DNA of 64,000 bases from the human T2T-CHM13v2.0 reference genome, Homo sapiens: assembly GCF_009914755.1 (NCBI RefSeq), contig NC_060931.1; one strand, written 5' to 3'. A model generated the notes under the pieces. It did not search any database. It was not told where the DNA came from and saw only the letters and a program-made list of their open reading frames with translations. Below are positions 56,364-64,000 of this stretch, one piece after another; positions within the stretch are counted from its first letter, which is position 1; every line of letters starts with the position of its first letter. The position numbers and the translations under genes are program-made.

Positions 56364-58492
56364 AAAAATCAGACATTATTCTTATGTTGCCCTTTTAAAT
56401 ACAATGTCAATTTTCTCTATCCTACTGTTAAGGTTTTTATCTTTACCTTTGATTTTTAGTGATCTAACTACATGAAAAACTGAGGTGTGGCTTTCTTTGT
56501 ATTTGTCCCACTTAGGGTTTGCTGAACTCCTTGAATCTGGAGATGGAGTCATTCATCAGATTGGAAAGTTTTCAGCTATTATATTTTCAAATATTGCTTC
56601 TGCCCATTACCTTTATCCTCTGCTGCTAGAACCAATTACACATCTCTGTTATATTCCATTCTTTTCCATTTTTTGCAAGTATGTGTGAGTCAATTTGGAT
56701 ATTTTCTATTGACCTATCCTTGAATTCACTAATTCTGTCTCCTGCTGTGTCATCCGATTTGCTGTTAAACCCATTCAGAGTTGTGTTCCAGACGTCCATT
56801 TGTGTCTCCTTTCAAATTCCAGTTCTCTGTTGAAATTCTCCATCTTTTCATCTACTTTCCATCTTTTCCTCTATTGTTTAAAAAATAATCCTAATTATTT
56901 AAAGTTCTTATCTGTGAACTTAAACAATTGGATCATCTTTGTTTCTGCTTCTATTGTTTGCTTTTTTCTCTTGATTATTAGTCACATTTTCCTTTCTCTT
57001 CATATGTCTCCTCATTTTTATTGTATACTGGCCATATACAGTAACTGTATATACTGAGTTAGATGTTTTCTGCCAGAAAGCTTTTCCTGTTTTTCTGTCA
57101 GGCAGAGAAGATTAAAGTTGATGACCTCAATCCATTTGGATTTAATCCGGGTCATGGGTAAGTGCAACTTTGTCAGATTCAGCCCAACTCTTAATATCAG
57201 TAATCTCCGAAGTGAAATCTGACATGTATTTATTGCAGACCACTCCCTTTGGCAATCTGTCTCCCAGGTACTGAGAGATTGCAGGAGATTTCACTCTGCC
57301 TTATCAGCTCAGCACCAAACCTTCCATGCTAGCCGAGTTCTCAACAAATGTTGTATGAGAGAAAACAGCCATTTGTTTGATACTCCATCATGTTCCAATC
57401 TGTCAAACCGATTGGCCTGCCCATGAACATTTCTACTGGTTTCTCCTTCCCTCAGTAGAATTCCTCTGCCTAGGTAATGTCTGAACCTCATCTCAGACTC
57501 TGACTCAGCAAATTTCCTAATAGACAGCAACCTCAATCAATTTACCTAATTGGGACTATTCATTCTCTGTAATTTTAGTTCATCTAGTCTTTTTTTCTTC
57601 ACAGTTTCTTCACAGTTTTTTGATAACCTTATTTGATAACAGTTATTTGATAACTTTATTTGATAGTTATTTGATAACTTTAAAAAGTATATTTATGTGT
57701 GTAACTTTAAAAAGTATATATATGTGTGTGTGTGTGTACACACATGTGTGTGTAGGTTTTCACTCTGTCCCCCAGGCTGGAGTGCTGTGATATGACCATA
57801 GCTCATTGTAACCTTGAAACCTTGGACTTAAGTGATCCTCTCGCCTTAAGCTGGGACTGAGTGGCTGGGACTACAGTCATCAGTCATGCATCACTGCGCC
57901 CAGCTATCTATTTTCATTTGTTTCAGAAAAATTGTTAATTCCCTTAGTTTCTTCATTAGCCCATTGGTTGTTCAGGAGCATGTTGTTTATTCCTTGTGTT
58001 GGAGTAATTTCTGGGGTTCCTCTAGTTATTGATTTTTTAGCTTTATTTCATTGTGGTCAGAAAAGATACTTGATATAATATCTACTCTTTAAAATTTGAT
58101 GAGACTTATTTTGTCGCTAAAATGTGGTCTGTTTTGGAGAATATTCCATGTGCCGATGAAAAGAATTTGTATTCTGCAGCAGTTAACATGAAATGCTCAG
58201 TAAATGTCAGTTAGGCCTATTTGGTCTAGTATGTAGTTTAACTCAGAGGTTGCTTTGTTGATTTTCTGCCTAATGATCTGTCTATTACTGAGAGTGGAGT
58301 GTTGAAGTCGCCTACTATATTGTATTGCAGTCTATTCCTCCCTTTAGATCTAGTGATGTTTGCTTTATATGCTTGGGAGCTCTGGTGTTGAGTGCATAGA
58401 TGTTTATAATTGTTATATCCGCTGGCTATATTGACCTCTTTATCATTATATAGTAACCTTCTTTGTCTCTTCTTACAGTCTTAGTCTTGTAG

Positions 58493-58881
<389 letters not shown>

Positions 58882-59312
58882 TGCCTATGTGTGTCTTTAA
58901 GGTAAGGTGGATTTCTTGTAGGCAGCATATAGTTGCATCTTGTAAATTAGTGGTTACCAAACACCAGGAAGGGTAGGAAAGAGATGTGGATGAAGAAAGG
59001 TTGATTAATGTGTATCTATACACTCATATAGAAGAAATAAGACCTGGTGTTTGATAGATCAGTAGGGTAACTATAATTAACATTAATTGGTTGTACATTT
59101 CAAAATAGCTAGAAGAGAATGATTAGAATATAACTAGCAAAAATGAAAAATAACTATTTAAGGTGATGAATATCCTAATTATCCTAACTGGATTATATGA
59201 ATATATCAAATTATCACATGTAATCTGAAAATATATATATATATATAAAATAGATTATATACATATCAATTTAAAAAAGCATAATCCACATATCAGCTGA
59301 TTGTTAATTTAG

Positions 59313-59370
59313 GGCCACCACAGATGGTTGAACAGATTGAGTACATCACTATTTTGACTTCTACTAGAAA
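59313..59370 (+). pseudogene. Exon
   Basis: ttgttaatttag| ... AAA|GTGAGT. Phase 2-0. TG+G from the previous exon gives Trp after GKSALLPT. Three stops in this frame. Confidence 0.55.
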
Positions 59371-59731
59371 GTGAGTAGTACTTCCCCAAAGAGTACACCA
59401 CCTAGACAAATACACCCAGTGTCCTCCTCTCATAGCTCCTGTGCCCAGGAGTTCTGTCTCCATGTTTTGTTTACATCTACCAGAACATGGAACACAGCAC
59501 ATCTTCAAACACTCAAATATTCACTCACGCAAAATTGTTAGTACCATACATTTTACTGAAGATTTTACGGAAAAGATAGCAAAAGAAGTTTATATCATAT
59601 ACCTTCAGTGAACATTTTAAAAACTACCCCTTAGACATTTCTATTATTCTGCATATACTCTTCTGTTTTTCCACTAGTGGGCGTCTTTTTTCTCCATTTT
59701 TCCTAGTTACACAGATTTTCCTCCTTTTCAG

Positions 59732-59823
59732 AATTCTGATTTTTTGAACCACTGTGACAATGCATTGAAAAAGGAAGTAAACATCCTGAAGCCACCATGG
59801 AAAGTCTTTATTACATCAAAGAG
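59732..59823 (+). pseudogene. Exon
   Basis: ttttcctccttttcag| ... GAG|GTACAG. Phase 0-2, open. Reads NSDFLNHCDNALKKEVNILKPPWKVFITSK. Confidence 0.7.
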
Positions 59824-60004
59824 GTACAGATAGTGTTTGAAGGTTTTCAGAGATAAAGTTGGAATGCTAGCAAGACAAATCAGCACCAAAAACTATTTAT
59901 ATAGATAAACTATAAATATCTATACTTATGAATTGGCTCAAGTGACACAATATGATAATGCCTATACCACACATTATAAACCCTTCCTTGCTGAATTGAT
60001 AAAG

Positions 60005-60226
60005 TGTGGTTCCCTACCTGTCTGAAACCTTCAGAGCTCATAAAATGCTAACAGTAGCATACGCGAGTCCTGAGAATTCCCACCAAGAAAACAGGATTGG
60101 GCTGGCAGAACTCTATTACGGGATAGAATCGAGGCTTGTCCTCCCCACTGAAACATGGGCAGATAATTTTAGGGTTAATCTCCGGACAAGTGCAATTTGT
60201 ACCTGAGGTCAACTGAGGGGTGGCAG
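60005..60226 (+). pseudogene. Exon with Walker B- and sensor-1-like motifs
   Basis: ...ataaag| ... CAG|GTGAGA. 222 bp, phase 2-2, locally CpG-containing. Reads VVPYLSETF...NRIGLAELYYGIESRLVLPTETWADNFRVNLRTSAICT*GQLRGG. Confidence 0.7.
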
Positions 60227-60381
60227 GTGAGAATCAATATGAGGCAGGATCAGCTAATTTCCCAGCCGATAAATCCAAAGAGAGCCCTATCATATCTAAT
60301 GCTTTTCAGGCAGCTGCTATATAGGTTAATGACATGCGAAGGGGAAGACTGAGGAGCGTCTTTTCTTTTACTGCAACAAAG

Positions 60382-60437
60382 GCAGAAATCCAGTGAAAGT
60401 GGAATCACCCTTCAGCTCGAAACTACTGAGAAGCCCA
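60382..60437 (+). pseudogene. Exon
   Basis: ttttcttttactgcaacaaag| ... CCA|GTAAGG. Phase 2-1, open. Reads QKSSESGITLQLETTEKP. Confidence 0.6.
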
Positions 60438-60737
60438 GTAAGGTCTTTGGACCATTTGATGAAGCAGTGTTCAGTCAAACCCTGGAGCTCTGCACAGAAG
60501 GAGAGAGCTGTATGTTGGTTTAAACCCACACTACATTGTGTTTGCCACTTATTCCTCTGACAAAGTTACGTTAGTGCACAACAGAAAAGCCCAGCAAAAT
60601 ATACCATCTTGGGTTGATTAAACCGTGTGCTGATAATTAGTGCAAATATGCAGAAATATTTTATTAGGCCTTTTAGTTACCCATGAGGCTAGTTCTAGCT
60701 AAGGGAAACTTCTCTTTCTCCTTTTAACTGTGTTCAG

Positions 60738-61030
60738 ATGACAATGAACCATGTCTGGCAGGCAGAGGAGACACTGCAAACTTGTTTAAAGAAGAACACA
60801 GTTGCAGACTAGAGGAACATGAGTGACAAAGCTCTCCCTAGCCCTTCCAGTTAGTTCACATAGCTGCATTGCAGATTTGGACTCACTGACATACAAGAAT
60901 ATTAGAAGTATCCTCAGTCCATGAAGAGCAAGGCTCTTCTTGTTAGAATGCAATTTGTTGGCCGCTTAGAATCCAGTAATTCTTTCCAAAGATGTTGGCT
61001 GCGTCCACAGGATATATTCTTTACTGCTCT
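60738..61030 (+). pseudogene. Exon (3' boundary uncertain), post-NACHT helical region
   Basis: Strong acceptor ttctctttctccttttaactgtgttcag|, phase-1 start. Reads DNEPCL...QSSP*PFQLVHIAALQIWTH...PKMLAASTGYILYC. Confidence 0.55.
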
Positions 61031-61407
61031 GTGTTTTATTCTTTGCTTCTCAAAACGGCATTTTCTCTCCAGTTCTGTGGGTCTCTGAGGGGTTTTTGTT
61101 TGGTCAGTATTGCATTTAAGGCAGCCAAAGTAGTAATGTTATTAGTTCCAAATAGCAGAAAATATTTTTTTTTGATTATGTGAGTAGTGCTAGCTCATTG
61201 TTGAACATCTCCAAGGTATAAAAGAGTATTCTAAAAGATGCTTATATTCCTACTGCCTTGAGATAAATAAATACAATCATTTTTTTCTTGTGTAATTTGT
61301 AGTAATTGGAAATGGGATAGAAACTACAGACACATAGAGAAACAACCACAATGTCAGCAGAGCGCTAGAAGAGGGATCAGTAACCTCTCAGCTGAAGAAA
61401 CTTAGAT

Positions 61408-61568
61408 CCTTTCTACTCAAAGTGGGGTCTATAGACCAGCAGCATTGGTATCACCATGAGATTGTGGGAAATGAAGAATCTTAGGCCAATTCTCAGACTT
61501 AATGAATCAGAATCTACATTTTCACAAGATTCCCAGGTGAATCTCACCTTAAAGTTTGGGAAGCACTG
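61408..61568. mobile_element. MER5A1
   Basis: ctactcaaagtg...agaccagcagcat...aaagtttgggaagcactg. TSD-like acttagat / ctctagat. Confidence 0.8.
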
Positions 61569-61861
61569 CTCTAGATGATCTGGTGGCCACAGCTGTATTG
61601 GATCCTGAAAAATCTTCCTTCTGCCTTTGTGAGGCCTGATGGTATGCTCTGTCTTCCTGTATTTCCATGAATCCTGGTTCAAGTTCAAGAAGTTAATCAG
61701 CAGAAGAGCTGGGATTCAAAGAGGTGTTTGCCTCTGTAGTCCATCTAATTAACTATGATATTATATTTCTAGTCCTTCTACCCAGGAACACACAATGTTT
61801 TTCCATTAATTGAAGTCTTCCATTAGGTGTTACAATAAAGTTTTATTAATTTTTCAAAATA

Positions 61862-62170
61862 AAGCATAGCAGATTGTATTACCTATTGTAGGTCCATTTA
61901 AATAATTGCTTTGGCTCCTGAAGAAACCAGGTGGATTCTGGAGATTGACTGTAGACTTCAATACAAACTTATCCAAGTGGTTCTGATCATGCCTGCTATG
62001 TTAGACATGGTATCTGTTGCTAGATCAAATTAATATGACTCAAGGATTATGATATGCATTATTTTCTATTCCAGTGATGAAAAAGGAGGACACGCAGTTC
62101 ACATGTACACGGAACAAACAAAAAATACACATTTAGTCTTTTGTCCCAAGTTATATTAACTCTCCCATGG
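61862..62170 (+). mobile_element. ERVL pol (RT) continuation
   Basis: Reads VLPIVGPFK*LLWLLKKPGGFWRLTVDF...YINSP, the segment directly following LKDAG at 50930-50947. Confidence 0.75.
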
Positions 62171-62179
62171 TTTAATATT

Positions 62180-63062
62180 CTTAGAGAACAAAAACATGAA
62201 TCATAAAATAAAAAAATAGAATAAACTGGATGTTATCAAAATTAAAAAAACTTTAATTCTTTCAAAGATAATATCAAGAAAATGAAAACTTGAGATGCAG
62301 AATGCAAGAAAATATTCACAATAATATATCTGACAAAGATCTTATATCCAGCATATATGCAAAACTCCTATATCAGTAACAAGATAAACACTTCCTTACC
62401 CAAGAAAAATTAGATATAATATTTAAAATGACAACCCACCAAAAAAGCTGCACTTGTGTGAATAAACAAAAAGTACATGAAGAGATGCTCAACATCATTA
62501 GTCATCAGTGAAATGCTAATTAAAACCACGAGATAGCACTACACACCTATTAGAAAACTGATAATACCAATTGCTGTTGATGTTGCAGAGAAATTGGAAC
62601 AATCATACATGGCTGATGCAAATATGAAATCATATAACCACCTTGGAAAACTTGCAAACTCTTGAAATATTAAACATGCATGTAACATATAGGCCAAATA
62701 ATTCCACTCCTAGGTATTTTCCCAAAAGAAATGAAAACATATGTCTACACAAAGCTTGTTCCTAAATGTTTATGGTAGCTTTATTTGTATTAGCATCAAA
62801 CTGGGACACCACTTGTTTGACACACACAGACAACACTAATCTACAGAGACAAGAATAGACTATTGGTTGCCTGGGGCTGGATTGGGATAGGGGAATAGAT
62901 TACAAAGAGACCTTGAAGAAATTTGAGACAGTGATAGGAATGTTCTGATATTCATTATAGTGATGTTTATACAGTTTTATTTGCCTGTCAAAACTCATTG
63001 AATTACACTTTTTAAATGAACGCACTTTATTGTACATAAATTATAACTCAAAATTTATTTTA
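62180..63062 (+). mobile_element. Old L1M ORF2 end and 3'UTR
   Basis: atctgacaaagatcttatatccag, attccactcctaggtattt and an L1ME-like 3'UTR. Confidence 0.8.
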
Positions 63063-63064
63063 AA

Positions 63065-63520
63065 AAATTTTCAGCAAATTTCCACATCTTAATTCAGCCT
63101 CATAGCCAGTTGCCCTTGTCTCAACTCCTGGCACTCCCCCATATAAAACATACATAGAGACTTGTATTTTCCAACTGCATCACGCTGTTTGCACTTCAAT
63201 GTCCTTGTGCATCCTGTTCCTGCTGTCTAGACATTCTAATCTCCTTTTCTCTACCAAAAGAACTTTTACCAATTCTTTAAGCATCAGCTCATGCAGTGTC
63301 TTCTCCAGGAAATCTTCCATGGTTTCCTAGCGTGAGTTGCATTTATCTCCTGTGCCCCTGCAGTGCCCTGCACACAGCTCTCATGTCGCACGCTGAGTTG
63401 TTAATGTTGCCTTACTTCTCAGTCTTAGATTTTACATTCTGTGACATTGTAGTCATCTTTCTATCTTCAGTGTCTGGCAGTGAGTAGATATTCAGATATT
63501 TAACAAACATTTGCTGAATA
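63065..63520 (+). mobile_element. L2 3' end
   Basis: cttctccaggaaatcttcc...gtcatctttctatcttcagtgtctggca...aaacatttgctgaat. Confidence 0.75.
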
Positions 63521-64000
63521 TACTATTATATGTAAAGAATACTGTTTCTGGCATTTACATTGTTCTCGTTTGTAAGTTCAGAGAAATGGGGCAATCTAAG
63601 AAACTTCTGGAGGGAGGGGCAGCTATGTATGTGTGAATATTACGTAAAGTAAGGGGATTGATTTCTCCCATAGACTTTCTTCCTGTACTGTAGAACCCCT
63701 CCATGCTTGATAAAAACATGAAATAGATAAAACCTAACTATGGTTCTCTTCTTGGGGGCACTGTCTTTTCAATGAATACTAAATCTCAAGTGGCCTACGG
63801 TTCTTCAGAGCACTCTTTCATCATGCTGAAATATGTCTGGCCTCCTGAGTCTTCTCTCCCCAGGCATTACTTTTATTTCTCCTGTTTCTTGGCTATCACA
63901 TTATGCACCATCCTTTTCTATTCTTGTTCGAAAGCTCATGCTCTTCTTTAAAAATCTAGGTTGTATAAAAAATAATACTGAAATTTTAGGACTGATACAT

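Larger units (their letters stand above)
54601..57904 (-). mobile_element. 3.3-kb composite insertion: AluJ arm, older L1M 5'UTR/ORF1/3' pieces and a (CA)n tail
   Basis: Flanked by tatttgttttca (54589-54600) and tatctattttca (57905-57916). Minus-strand AATAAA at 54661-54666 lies ~25 nt before the (TG)n tract at 54601-54635. Confidence 0.6.

Noticed and set aside
59313-60226. Superficial resemblance of these exons to O-fucosyltransferase (POFUT-like) or cNMP-binding motifs
   Set aside because: Only weak eyeball matches. The in-phase link to the upstream GSGKS exon and the motif order fit NACHT better. A profile search should settle it.

Overview
Human (the first element carries human-specific L1 pre-Ta diagnostics), AT-rich, CpG-poor and mostly interspersed repeats: L1s of many ages, Alus, ERV1/ERVL/MaLR LTRs, L2/MIR and hAT/Tigger DNA transposons. 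I found no intact host gene; almost all ORF-track entries are repeat read-through. The main observation comes from the short unique islands between repeats. They contain about 15 splice-site-bounded, largely phase-compatible, stop-interrupted exons on the + strand (1878 to ~61030). Joined, they read as a decayed DUF4062 + NACHT (STAND NTPase, NWD1/NWD2/TEP1/TTC41-like) gene, probably a pseudogene. The last five exons (59313-61030) sit inside a collinearly split L2 > old L1 > ERVL nest, directly behind the tail of a 5'-inverted L1MA, and are followed by AATAAA and a decayed TSD. This looks like a local ~2.6-kb L1 3' transduction or templated duplication of part of the same gene. Other oddities: a pre-Ta L1HS with a short transduction, a ~360-bp local templated insertion, a 3.3-kb orphan retro-insertion, an internally deleted L1 that keeps both ends, and two short tandem repeats. 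Repeat subfamily names and protein-family resemblances come from recalled consensus sequences, not database searches. Boundaries of old repeats are approximate.
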